From: Patescibacteria group bacterium
GTDB taxonomy: Bacteria > Patescibacteriota > Microgenomatia > UBA10105 > UBA927
Reading direction: 5' to 3'
NCBI GenBank assembly: GCA_041753515.1
Contig: JBGSUE010000045.1
Coordinates: forward strand, 2,027-66,026
DNA length: 64,000 nt
Shown here: one piece after another, positions 52,107 through 60,913 of the stretch
Position numbering within the stretch: position 1 is the stretch's first letter
Layout: each line of letters starts with the position of its first letter
Position numbers and translations under genes: made by a program
Notes under the pieces: model-generated
Seen by the model: only the letters and a program-made list of their open reading frames with translations
What the model was told of the DNA's origin: nothing
The model's database searches: none

Positions 52107-52529
52107 ATGCTACGAAATAAATACGTAATCATCGGCTGTTTGCTGCTTTGCACAATCTGTTTGTATTTCACAAAAATCCATATAACGGACGGTCTGGATA
52201 CCCGGACGCTTTTCTGGATGATCGGCGGATTTCTCACAAGCCTTGTGCCGTTCGCCGCCCTGCTCAATTACATCTTTTCCCAATATCAATCATCCCCATC
52301 ACCGAATACATCATGGGCAATCATGAACAGAACCAACAATGACACCACCCTGGAAATTATCATTGTATGTACACTGTTCGGTATGCTGTGGACATGGATA
52401 TTAAGCTGGAATCCCAGTCCGACTGAGATGTATACTATGATACTTAGGATCATAGGAATCCTGACATTGGCCAGCGGTCTCATGGCGTTTATCATGTATG
52501 CAATCATGGGCGAACGGGACGCAGATTGA
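52107..52529 (+). CDS. Hypothetical 4-TM membrane protein
   Basis: Hydrophobic ORF with AAGGA Shine-Dalgarno. Confidence 0.7.
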   Translation: MLRNKYVIIGCLLLCTICLYFTKIHITDGLDTRTLFWMIGGFLTSLVPFAALLNYIFSQYQSSPSPNTSWAIMNRTNNDTTLEIIIVCTLFGMLWTWILSWNPSPTEMYTMILRIIGILTLASGLMAFIMYAIMGERDAD

Positions 52530-52819
52530 GCACTGAAAGTAAAAAATCCACAATCTTTTAGTGTGGGGCAATTTCAGGTTGTGCGGTTTTTTACTTTAAC
52601 TGTATAAATTCCTATGTATAAAAATCTTCCATGAGGTACACCCGGATGAGAAATATTTCTTGACTCTTGCATTAATTCTTATCGAGTATCTATAATACCA
52701 CTCCCTGCCGGCTCGTTTACAAACCGCACAATCTTTACATTCAACATCACGGGGAGTAACACATATTCATGACTGCAGAGTATATGTAGACTCCTCATGA
52801 TGAAAAAAATGGAGAACCC

Positions 52820-53281
52820 ATGAAAAATCCATTTAGTAGACCACAAACAATATATCAATACTATCCGACGTATCAAATCCTGTGTCATGGAATCGGAATC
52901 TGGCTGATCTATCAAACGTACATATCCGGAAGTCTGTCACTCCTCTACCCGTCTGTTGCAGCAATTCTATTCTTTGCGGGGATAGGCCTCACAATCCGGG
53001 CCTCGTGCCGTTGGCATTTCGGGAAAAACTTTTGGTGGGATATACCCCGAAAAATGATACGGATGCGCGCTGTCATCATCATCACATCCCTGTTGTGGAT
53101 ATCATACATCGTCGGATCAGCGCTCATCGTACATCCAAATATGATCCTCAACAGAATCGGATTGCTCTTATCGGTTCTGGGCACTCTCAGGATCATCGTT
53201 CCGGTTATGCTCATGGTATATTCCATGATACGTGTATGTGCAAACCGTAACTATCGCGAATCCGATCCAAGGGAATTCTAA
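52820..53281 (+). CDS. Hypothetical 4-TM membrane protein
   Basis: Hydrophobic ORF with GGAG Shine-Dalgarno. Confidence 0.7.
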   Translation: MKNPFSRPQTIYQYYPTYQILCHGIGIWLIYQTYISGSLSLLYPSVAAILFFAGIGLTIRASCRWHFGKNFWWDIPRKMIRMRAVIIITSLLWISYIVGSALIVHPNMILNRIGLLLSVLGTLRIIVPVMLMVYSMIRVCANRNYRESDPREF

Positions 53282-53403
53282 ATCAACTATACGCAGTGCA
53301 CGAAAACTGCTGAAACAGCAGCTCACATTCATATGGAGTCATGTGATGGGACCGGTCATCCGTCGTGCACTGAGTGGCAACAAAAATAAGATTGTGCGGT
53401 TTT

Positions 53404-54009
53404 TTACTTTTTCAAATAGTTTTTAATCTTCTTCACGGATCCCGGGACGTCAAAGCTGTCGAATACAATCCCGTGCCAACCAAGGGATTTTGCCACGTCG
53501 ATGTGCTTTTCCACATAATCAATGAACAGGATTTCTTCAGGTTGAACACCTGCACCGATCAAGGCGATATCATAAATTTTGCGCTCCGGTTTTATCGTTT
53601 TATGCGAGCCGGATTCCACGATATGTGACCAGACATCCCCGGGATACAAACCTTTCCGAATCTGTACTGCTATCATGCCCGGTTCTGCATTTGAGAGAAT
53701 TCCCAATTTATATTGATTCTTCAATTCATCAATGAGATCAAGTGTTTCACGATAGACTCCCTGAAAATCCGTCACGAAATCTACCAGATCATCCGTTTCG
53801 TGTTTCACGCCAACCAAACGCAGTGCATCCATGAATGTTTTTCCCGGCAGTTCTCCCCTGCTGGACTCCATCCAGTATTGCCGGATGACACTTTCAACCG
53901 CATCGTATGCAATTCCGTACGTATCAGCAATTTTCTGCATACCTTCAAAATTATTCACTATCACCCCACCGAGATCAAAATAGATAAATTTGATGTTTTT
54001 ATATTTCAT
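53404..54009 (-). CDS. HAD family phosphatase
   Basis: FDLGGV, LSN, KPERKIY, LFID. Confidence 0.88.
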   Translation of the reverse strand: MKYKNIKFIYFDLGGVIVNNFEGMQKIADTYGIAYDAVESVIRQYWMESSRGELPGKTFMDALRLVGVKHETDDLVDFVTDFQGVYRETLDLIDELKNQYKLGILSNAEPGMIAVQIRKGLYPGDVWSHIVESGSHKTIKPERKIYDIALIGAGVQPEEILFIDYVEKHIDVAKSLGWHGIVFDSFDVPGSVKKIKNYLKK

Positions 54010-54024
54010 AATTGTTTAACAACT

Positions 54025-54083
54025 AGATGCTGAAACGAGTTCAGCATGACATAAAAAGTCATCCCGAACTTGTTTCGGGATCT
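54025..54083. repeat. REP-like doublet, same family as 48629-48693 in the opposite arrangement
   Basis: AGATGCTGAAACGAGTTCAGCATGACA-N6-GTCATCCCGAACTTGTTTCGGGATCT. Confidence 0.85.
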
Positions 54084-54086
54084 CGT

Positions 54087-54845
54087 TCAAATTATTTTCA
54101 ACCGTTTCAGCATAAAATCATGTGCTTGCCATTCGAGTGTATCATCAAGACCGGAAAGCATGATTTTCTTCTTATACTTCACTTCCAGTGCTTGTGCTAT
54201 CAGCCAATCGGCAATATGGGGGTTTTTTGGCAAAAACGGACCATGGGAGTATGTGGCGATGCAATTCTTGTAGACTGCCCCTTCCGTCCCGTCCTCCCCG
54301 TTATTCCCGCTTCCATACAGAACCGTAGCGAATGGTTTCACGCCTTCCCCCAAATATGTCCGTCCCCCATGATTCTCAAATCCTACTAATGTACTTTTCC
54401 CTTTTCCCTTTTCCCTCAGTACTCCAACAAAATTTCCTATACATCTGGGTTTATCTTTTCCGAAATGCCTCGTTTCCATATCAAAAATTCCCAAGCCATC
54501 AAGTCTGTTTCCGTTGCCGTCCATATACCAGTGTCCCAACAGCTGAGGGGCGCCGCAGACAAAGAGTCCCGGAATACCCGAATCGAACATTTTTTTCAGC
54601 ACAGGTCCCTTATTCTGCAACAGGTCATTGATCACGATATTCTGCTGCCGATCCTGCGCCCCGCCTCCGAATATGAGGTCACACAATTGAACATCTTTTA
54701 TATCCGTATTAAATTCAATCGGAATGATCTTTACACTTATTTTACGCCACACACATCTCTTTTCGAGGACAATAATATTTCCCCTGTCTCCGTAGGTAGA
54801 CATGAGTTCCGGATAGAGCCAGCCAATCACAAGCTTGTAGTTCAT
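54087..54845 (-). CDS. gatD: Lipid II isoglutaminyl synthase glutaminase subunit GatD (CobQ-like)
   Basis: LYPELMSTYGDRGN, GGGAQD, VCGAPQLLG, GFENHGG, YSHGPFLPKN; paired with murT. Confidence 0.88.
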   Translation of the reverse strand: MNYKLVIGWLYPELMSTYGDRGNIIVLEKRCVWRKISVKIIPIEFNTDIKDVQLCDLIFGGGAQDRQQNIVINDLLQNKGPVLKKMFDSGIPGLFVCGAPQLLGHWYMDGNGNRLDGLGIFDMETRHFGKDKPRCIGNFVGVLREKGKGKSTLVGFENHGGRTYLGEGVKPFATVLYGSGNNGEDGTEGAVYKNCIATYSHGPFLPKNPHIADWLIAQALEVKYKKKIMLSGLDDTLEWQAHDFMLKRLKII

Positions 54846-54854
54846 AAAGTACTT

Positions 54855-54900
54855 AGGGAAAAGGAAAAAGGCATAAAGGTGAAAGGTGAAAGTGCTAAGG
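54855..54900. repeat. Heptamer array downstream of the four-helix-bundle gene
   Basis: AGGGAAA AGGAAAA AGGCATAA AGGTGAA AGGTGAA AGTGCTA AGG. Confidence 0.75.
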
Positions 54901-55245
54901 TCATAACGTTTTTATGAGACCGGACAAAATTTTGGATATCTCAAGTGTCATCTGCAAACAATAATCAAAATCACTTTTATTCATAAATTTCAAATCATAC
55001 GCAAGATAACACATTGAACGAACTTCAGCACATGATCCTTTAGATATATACAAAAACTTCACAAATTCTTTATTGCCTTTTCTTTCAAAACCTTCAGCAA
55101 TATTGTTCATAATGGATACAACTGCACGCTGAAGTTGATCACGGAATGAATAATCTTTACACGCCCGAAAAATTTCATAAATTTTTTTCGTAAGTTCAAA
55201 TGATTTCTTCCATGCAATAATATCCTCAAATTTCTCAATACTCAT
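54901..55245 (-). CDS. Four-helix-bundle protein (23S rRNA IVS protein / Avd-like family)
   Basis: FEDIIAWKKS, DQLQRAVVSIMNNIAEGFER, FLYISKGSCAEV. Confidence 0.92.
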   Translation of the reverse strand: MSIEKFEDIIAWKKSFELTKKIYEIFRACKDYSFRDQLQRAVVSIMNNIAEGFERKGNKEFVKFLYISKGSCAEVRSMCYLAYDLKFMNKSDFDYCLQMTLEISKILSGLIKTL

Positions 55246-55247
55246 AT

Positions 55248-55278
55248 CCTTTCACCTCAGAACTTTCACCTTATACCT
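55248..55278. repeat. Heptamer array upstream of the four-helix-bundle gene, inverted relative to 54855-54900
   Basis: CCT TTCACCT CAGAACT TTCACCT TATACCT. Confidence 0.7.
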
Positions 55279-56620
55279 AATTAATTTTTCTCCCGGTTAA
55301 TATTTCCCTTATTTCTAACATCGCGGAATATGTAGGCAGAATCCATAAAATCTCATTCTCATCCGATAACTCAATAGCCTTCTCTAATGCAATTCTCATA
55401 TCTTCAAATACATACGCCCTTTCCCCTTTTTCCTTTTCCCTTTCACCTTGCATTTCTTCCCTTTCCCCTTTCTCCTTTTCCCTTTCACCTAACCCAGCAT
55501 ACTTCAATCGAAGCGCCATATCGTAACCGCGATCTCCGGAAACGATAAGCTTCCTTTTCCCGTCAATCATTTCAAAGTCCACATCCCAGATCCAGGATAC
55601 ATCCGTACCATCGGGAATCCGATCGTTTAATAGAAATAAAATAGGGCCTTTTTTGGGAAGAACGGTACGGAGCGACTCGTTGAATCCGGCAGGGTTTTTT
55701 GAAAGTAATATTTTTATGTTCTTCCCCTTATGTACAATTTCTTCCTGCCGACCAAATGCCGGACGGAACAATCTGAGCGAATTCTGATCTTGTACACCCA
55801 ATATCCGTGCACACAACACTGCAGCAAGGGTATTATAGACGTTGTATGTCCCTTCCAGAGGGCTTTTGACATCACCAGACTGTATCCGTACGTCAGGATG
55901 CGTAAACCCACATTTACCGCAGCTGTACTTACCCAGATGCGAAAAATACACACCTCCGTACGTCAACCGCTGATTACAGGACGGACAATAAATGGAGTCA
56001 GTGGCATGCTGTATGTTCGTCAAAAACAACTCCCTGTTTTCCAAACCAAAATACTGTACGTTCTTCAACTTTTTTCCAATATATGCCAACTGGGGATCAT
56101 CGGCATTGATGACAAATGCCGTCGCATGCATATTCCCGAACGTTCCGGCCCATTTTACCGCAATCGCATCCACTTCACCGTACCGGTCCAACTGATCGCG
56201 AAACAGATTCAGAAGAACGAGGATATCCGGCGGTTTCTGCCGACACATACCGCCAAGCGCAGATTCATCGACTTCAAAAATATACACATCGTGTTTCAGT
56301 TTCCCCAGGATTGTCGTATCCGCGCATAAAACCGATACGAGGCCGTTGTCTAAATTAGCCCCGCTATCATTCCGTTTCACCTTTACACCGGATTTTCGCA
56401 GAATTGTTTCAAGCATGGAGGCTGTCGTCGTTTTTCCGTTCGTACCGGCAATATATAGTACTTTTTTACTTCGAAAATCAAAATGGGAAAGAATATCGGG
56501 TGAAATCCGGAGAGCCACCTCCCCCGGCCACGTCCCCCCAGATCCTTTTTTCAACAACTGAATGACAGAGCGAGAAATACGGGAGGCAACGACAGCAAAC
56601 CGGTCACGGATGGAAAGCAT
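55277..56620 (-). CDS. murT: Lipid II isoglutaminyl synthase ligase subunit MurT (Mur ligase + DUF1727)
   Basis: GTNGKTTT, NLFRDQLDRYGE, CPSC...CGKC, KNPAG, DVSWIWDVDFE, PTYSAML; start moved to ATG 56620. Confidence 0.9.
   Translation of the reverse strand: MLSIRDRFAVVASRISRSVIQLLKKGSGGTWPGEVALRISPDILSHFDFRSKKVLYIAGTNGKTTTASMLETILRKSGVKVKRNDSGANLDNGLVSVLCADTTILGKLKHDVYIFEVDESALGGMCRQKPPDILVLLNLFRDQLDRYGEVDAIAVKWAGTFGNMHATAFVINADDPQLAYIGKKLKNVQYFGLENRELFLTNIQHATDSIYCPSCNQRLTYGGVYFSHLGKYSCGKCGFTHPDVRIQSGDVKSPLEGTYNVYNTLAAVLCARILGVQDQNSLRLFRPAFGRQEEIVHKGKNIKILLSKNPAGFNESLRTVLPKKGPILFLLNDRIPDGTDVSWIWDVDFEMIDGKRKLIVSGDRGYDMALRLKYAGLGEREKEKGEREEMQGEREKEKGERAYVFEDMRIALEKAIELSDENEILWILPTYSAMLEIREILTGRKIN
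55421..55490. repeat. Ten heptamer units in frame inside murT
   Basis: TTCCCCT TTTTCCT TTTCCCT TTCACCT TGCATTT CTTCCCT TTCCCCT TTCTCCT TTTCCCT TTCACCT, encoding GEREKEKGEREEMQGEREKEKGE. Confidence 0.85.
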
Positions 56621-56649
56621 GAATATATTATCTCTTAATACAAACATTT

Positions 56650-56749
56650 TGTCATTGCGAGACCGTTCCCACGGCGAAGCCCTGCCTGCCGGCAGGCAGG
56701 AATCTCGTTCGGGATCGCCACGCCAAGCTAAGCTTGGCTCGCGATGACA
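56650..56749. repeat. GTCATTGCGAG-type REP-like element with a nested 20-bp palindrome
   Basis: TGTCATTGCGAG...CTCGCGATGACA ends; CCTGCCTGCCGGCAGGCAGG at 56681-56700. Confidence 0.85.
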
Positions 56750-56752
56750 CAT

Positions 56753-58837
56753 TTAATTCGGCTGGGTAAAGACAATCTTGGAGTTTTTATAGTCAATAGT
56801 GATCTGGGAGCCTTCAGGATATTTTCCCTCAAGAATCAACATGGAGAGAGGATCCAGGATGTGCTCTTCAATGGCCCGCTTGAGGGGTCGCGCCCCATAC
56901 ACTGTATCGTACCCGATTTCACTCATGTGTTTTGAAAGTGCATCCGTAAACCGGACGGTTATCCCTTTTGTCATGAGACGGGTTGAAACAAGCTCAAGCT
57001 GGAGTTGTGTGATACGTGCAACCATTTCGGGTGTCAGGGCGGTAAATGCAATAATCGAGTCCAACCGGTTGATAAATTCCGGTTTAAACCGCTTCACCAC
57101 GTCTCCCTCCGGCATATTGGAAGTCATAATAAGTATCGTATTTTTAAAATTGACTGTCCTGCCCCGGCCGTCCGTAAGTCTCCCCTCATCAAATATCTGA
57201 AGAAACGCATGAAATACATTCGGGTGGGCTTTTTCAATCTCATCAAACAGGACCACACTGTATGGCTTCCTGCGCACCGCCTCGGACAGCTGTCCTCCCT
57301 CCTCGTACCCGATGTACCCCGGAGGAGCACCTGTCAGGCGCGCCACCGAATGCGGCTCCTGGTATTCACTCATGTCGATGCGTACGATACTTTTTTCATC
57401 ATTAAACAAATATGCTGCCAGGGCTTTCGCTGTTTCGGTTTTTCCGACACCGGTGGGACCTAAAAACAGAAACGTACCGATGGGCTTGCCCTCCTCCCCG
57501 ATCCCTGCACGGTTCCGGCGTATGGCATCCGATACAGCTTTAAGCGCTTCCGGCTGACCAATCACGCGTTTCCCCAGCTCACCCTCAAGATGCACAAGCT
57601 TTTCGGTTTCACCCCGCAGGAGTCGTGTCACAGGAATATTCGTCCAGCGGGAGACGACTTTGGCCACATCATCCTGCGTCACTTCCTCGCGAAGCATCCG
57701 CTCATCCTCGGGAATTTTAACCAACTGATCCTCAAGTATCCGTATAGCTTTTTCAAGACCCGGAATTTTCCCGTACTTGAGCTCGGCTGCTTCTTCAAGC
57801 AGCGCATCACGCTCGGCTTTCTCAAGCGTTACCCGCAACTGGTCCAGGTCCACCCGCTGTTTCTGGAGTTTCCCGATCAGGTCCTTCTGTTCGCTCCAAC
57901 GTTCCATTAGCATTTTTTCCTGTTTTTTGAGTGTATCTAGCTCCCCGTCAAGTTCACGCTTTCGCGCATCCGCCCCTTTTTCACGCTTGAGCGCCGCTTT
58001 TTCAATCTCACGCTGTGTAATCGTACGCTTGAGCTCATCCAGCTCTATCGGCATACTTTCCGTATTGATCTTTATCGCCGATGCAGCTTCATCTATTAAA
58101 TCAATTGCTTTATCCGGCAGAAAACGATCCGGAATATAGCGGACCGACAGAGTGACAGCCGCGATCAGCGCATCATCAGCAATCCTGATTCCGTGATGGA
58201 GCTCATACGTATGTTTGATGCCGCGCAGGATCGTGAGTGCATCTTCCGGTTTGGGCTCCTCAAGATACACGGGCTGAAATCTGCGCTCAAGTGCCGCATC
58301 TTTCTCAATATACTGCCGGTACTCCCGCACAGTCGTTGCCCCAATAGCATGCAGTTCCCCGCGGGCCAGCGCCGGTTTCAAAATATTTGCTGCATCCATG
58401 GATCCGCCGACGGCTCCTGCTCCTACAAGCGTATGAAGTTCATCCATAAATAGAATATATTTCCCTCCAGCCTCACCAACTTTTACTATAAGCTTCTTTA
58501 ACCGCTCCTCAAACTGACCCCGGAACGCACTTCCGGCAACCAGTGATGCTATGTCCAACACCAGAATTTCTTTATCTTTGAGTGTTGAGGGGACATCTCC
58601 GGCAATAATGCGAAGTGCCAACCCCTCAACGACCGCAGTTTTACCAACACCTGGGTCACCTAATAAAACGGGGTTATTTTTCGTCCGGCGGGCTAAAATC
58701 TGCATAATCCTGCGGATTTCCTCGCCCCGTCCGATGACCGGATCAAGTTTACCCCCACGGGCTTTTTCCGTGAGATTTACAGTAAACGCCGATAGGACGT
58801 CTTGTTCATCATTGTCCGGTTGAAAATTTATATCCAT
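56753..58837 (-). CDS. clpB: ClpB chaperone lacking the N-terminal Clp-repeat domain
   Basis: [15 protein letters not shown], middle coiled coil ([10 protein letters not shown]), [15 protein letters not shown]. Confidence 0.92.
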   Translation of the reverse strand: MDINFQPDNDEQDVLSAFTVNLTEKARGGKLDPVIGRGEEIRRIMQILARRTKNNPVLLGDPGVGKTAVVEGLALRIIAGDVPSTLKDKEILVLDIASLVAGSAFRGQFEERLKKLIVKVGEAGGKYILFMDELHTLVGAGAVGGSMDAANILKPALARGELHAIGATTVREYRQYIEKDAALERRFQPVYLEEPKPEDALTILRGIKHTYELHHGIRIADDALIAAVTLSVRYIPDRFLPDKAIDLIDEAASAIKINTESMPIELDELKRTITQREIEKAALKREKGADARKRELDGELDTLKKQEKMLMERWSEQKDLIGKLQKQRVDLDQLRVTLEKAERDALLEEAAELKYGKIPGLEKAIRILEDQLVKIPEDERMLREEVTQDDVAKVVSRWTNIPVTRLLRGETEKLVHLEGELGKRVIGQPEALKAVSDAIRRNRAGIGEEGKPIGTFLFLGPTGVGKTETAKALAAYLFNDEKSIVRIDMSEYQEPHSVARLTGAPPGYIGYEEGGQLSEAVRRKPYSVVLFDEIEKAHPNVFHAFLQIFDEGRLTDGRGRTVNFKNTILIMTSNMPEGDVVKRFKPEFINRLDSIIAFTALTPEMVARITQLQLELVSTRLMTKGITVRFTDALSKHMSEIGYDTVYGARPLKRAIEEHILDPLSMLILEGKYPEGSQITIDYKNSKIVFTQPN

Positions 58838-58855
58838 ATGATGAGTATGACATAA

Positions 58856-58882
58856 TTAGCACTCATCTGTCAAGAGTGCTAA
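58856..58882. promoter_or_regulatory. CIRCE element (HrcA operator) upstream of clpB
   Basis: Perfect TTAGCACTC-N9-GAGTGCTAA; overlaps a minus-strand TTGACA -35. Confidence 0.95.
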
Positions 58883-58907
58883 AAGAGGAAAAGGGACATT
58901 TTTTGCT

Positions 58908-59396
58908 TCAGATATCTCCTTCAAACGAAATATCTATCTCTGACAATCCGATTGACCGGTAAAATGCATGGGCACCGGTATTTTTCCAGTACGCATTCAC
59001 ATATACCCGTTCCATACCCTGTTTTTTTGCCCACATTCTAAAGTGATCCACGAGCATTTTACCGATTTTTTGCGACCGGTAAACCTTCGTGACTCCTATG
59101 TGACTGATCTCCGCAATCCTGACAGCGCGGTATGGAAATTTCTTCTCCGTACCGGCAACATACCCGATAGGTATTGACCCGCGATATGCAATAAGGCAAC
59201 AGTAATGGGAAGATGCCGTACACATTTTATAATGTTCAATCGCATTTTGCGATTCGGGCCAGCTGTGATCCAGCCACGGATCTGACTGACGATCATTGGA
59301 AACTACCTCTTTATTCAGTTTTTGGATGATGTTCCAGTCTTCCGGTTTAGCCTGTCTGATATCTATTATAGGCTTATGGTTATCAGTCAATGACAT
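58908..59396 (-). CDS. GNAT acetyltransferase
   Basis: IGVTKVYRSQKIGKML, NTGAHAFYRSIG; start moved to ATG 59396. Confidence 0.85.
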   Translation of the reverse strand: MSLTDNHKPIIDIRQAKPEDWNIIQKLNKEVVSNDRQSDPWLDHSWPESQNAIEHYKMCTASSHYCCLIAYRGSIPIGYVAGTEKKFPYRAVRIAEISHIGVTKVYRSQKIGKMLVDHFRMWAKKQGMERVYVNAYWKNTGAHAFYRSIGLSEIDISFEGDI

Positions 59397-59407
59397 AGAC
59401 TGCAATA

Positions 59408-60310
59408 TTACATGGATCGGAGCATTCTGATGCGCTCTTTTATTGGTGGATGGGTATTGAACAAATTGGAGAACCACGCATGGTATTCTTTCCCCTTAAA
59501 CGGATTTGTAATGAAAAGATGGGCCGTCGCATTCGTTGCCGCTTCCAATACTTCACGATCACCCGAAAGCTTTTCCAGGGCACGCGCCAATCCCTCAGGA
59601 TACCTGGTAAGGCTCGCGCCTGAGGCATCAGCCAGATATTCACGCCTGCGTGAAATTGCAAGCTGGATGAGAGAAGCAATAATCGGCGACAGGATGGCCA
59701 ACACAATACCGACAATGATCAGTATGCCACCCATATTCCGGTTTTCCCCGTCACTGCGCCTGCTTCCGCCTCCCCACCAAAGGCTACGCATAAACCAGTC
59801 GGCCAAAAATGCAATTGTTCCGGCCAATACGGCCACAACAGCCATAAGCCGTATATCGTAATTTTTTATATGCGAGAGTTCGTGGGCAATGACACCTTCC
59901 AGTTCCCGCCGTTCAAGCCGTGTGAGGAGGCCTGTGGTAGCACATACTATGGCATGCTGAGGGTCCCTACCGCTGGCAAATGCATTCATGGCGGTATCCT
60001 CAATCACATAAAGCCTGGGCTTGGGAATACCTGCCGCCATTGCCAGATTTTCCGTCACGGTGAATAAGTCAAAATCACGCTTGCGGTCTGCAGGCCTGGC
60101 CCCGGACATAGCAAGAACCATCTGATCCCCGAAATAGTAGCTGATAAAACTAGAAACGACGGAAAACAGCACGGCAATCCAAACAAATTGCGTTCCATTC
60201 CCCGAGACAATACCGGCAATGTATGCAAAAAATACAACAAATGCCACAAAACCAGCCATAAAGGCAAAAGATTTTGTCTTATTTGCCGTGATCTGACTAT
60301 TGATGCTCAT
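59408..60310 (-). CDS. htpX: Protease HtpX (M48 zinc metalloprotease)
   Basis: NAFASG, VIAHELSH, SRRREYLAD, THPP; start moved to ATG 60310. Confidence 0.93.
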   Translation of the reverse strand: MSINSQITANKTKSFAFMAGFVAFVVFFAYIAGIVSGNGTQFVWIAVLFSVVSSFISYYFGDQMVLAMSGARPADRKRDFDLFTVTENLAMAAGIPKPRLYVIEDTAMNAFASGRDPQHAIVCATTGLLTRLERRELEGVIAHELSHIKNYDIRLMAVVAVLAGTIAFLADWFMRSLWWGGGSRRSDGENRNMGGILIIVGIVLAILSPIIASLIQLAISRRREYLADASGASLTRYPEGLARALEKLSGDREVLEAATNATAHLFITNPFKGKEYHAWFSNLFNTHPPIKERIRMLRSM

Positions 60311-60331
60311 ACGCACAAAAGTATGCACTAT

Positions 60332-60358
60332 TTAGCACTCGACTGTCAAGAGTGACAA
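60332..60358. promoter_or_regulatory. Imperfect CIRCE element upstream of htpX
   Basis: TTAGCACTC-N9-GAGTGACAA (2 mismatches); overlaps a minus-strand TTGACA. Confidence 0.85.
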
Positions 60359-60913
60359 TCAGGAAAACGTCACTTTGACCGGCTTTCTATCCGATTCTGA
60401 TGCTCCAAAAAACTCTTTTTCACCGAATCCGAGCTGTGAGGCAATCATATTATTCGGAAACACCTTTATTTTTACATTGTAGTCCATGACGGTCGAATTG
60501 TAATACTGCCGTGAATAGGCCACTTTATCCTCCGTGTCTGATAATTCTTTCTGAAGCTGGAGAAAATTCTCATTGGCCTTCAGCGTCGGGTAATTTTCGG
60601 CAACAGCAAACAGCTTGCCGAGTGCGCTTGTCAGCATATCGCTAGCCTCCCCCATCTTCTGCGGAGTTGTCGCGTGCATCAAGGCTGATCTAGCTTTCGT
60701 AACATCGGAAAACACCGTCTTTTCATGCTTGGCATACCCTTTCACCGTTTCCACCAGGTTCGGGATCAGATCGGCTCTGCGTTTGAGCTGTACATCAATC
60801 TGACTCCACGCTTCCTCTATGCGTGTTTTCATGGTAATCAACCCGTTGTACAGGCTCCACAAATAGGCAACAATCAGGGCTATACCGCCGCCCGCTATCA
60901 TAAATGGATTCAT
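60359..60913 (-). CDS. lemA: LemA family protein
   Basis: [36 protein letters not shown]. Confidence 0.93.
   Translation of the reverse strand: MNPFMIAGGGIALIVAYLWSLYNGLITMKTRIEEAWSQIDVQLKRRADLIPNLVETVKGYAKHEKTVFSDVTKARSALMHATTPQKMGEASDMLTSALGKLFAVAENYPTLKANENFLQLQKELSDTEDKVAYSRQYYNSTVMDYNVKIKVFPNNMIASQLGFGEKEFFGASESDRKPVKVTFS

Larger units (their letters stand above)
52055..53410. repeat. Four copies of an AAAAAAYC(G)CACAA motif in alternating orientation
   Basis: 52055-52070 and 52536-52557 in forward form; TTGTGCGGTTTTTTACTTT identical at 52579-52597 and 53392-53410. Confidence 0.75.

Noticed and set aside
54901-55245. Diversity-generating retroelement (Avd-like gene)
   Set aside because: No reverse transcriptase and no TR/VR pair with adenine-specific mismatches were seen in the window.
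56621-56752. N-terminal extension of MurT in the ORF track (MCHREPSLAWRG...)
   Set aside because: It is mostly translation through the REP-like element; MurT similarity starts near 56620.
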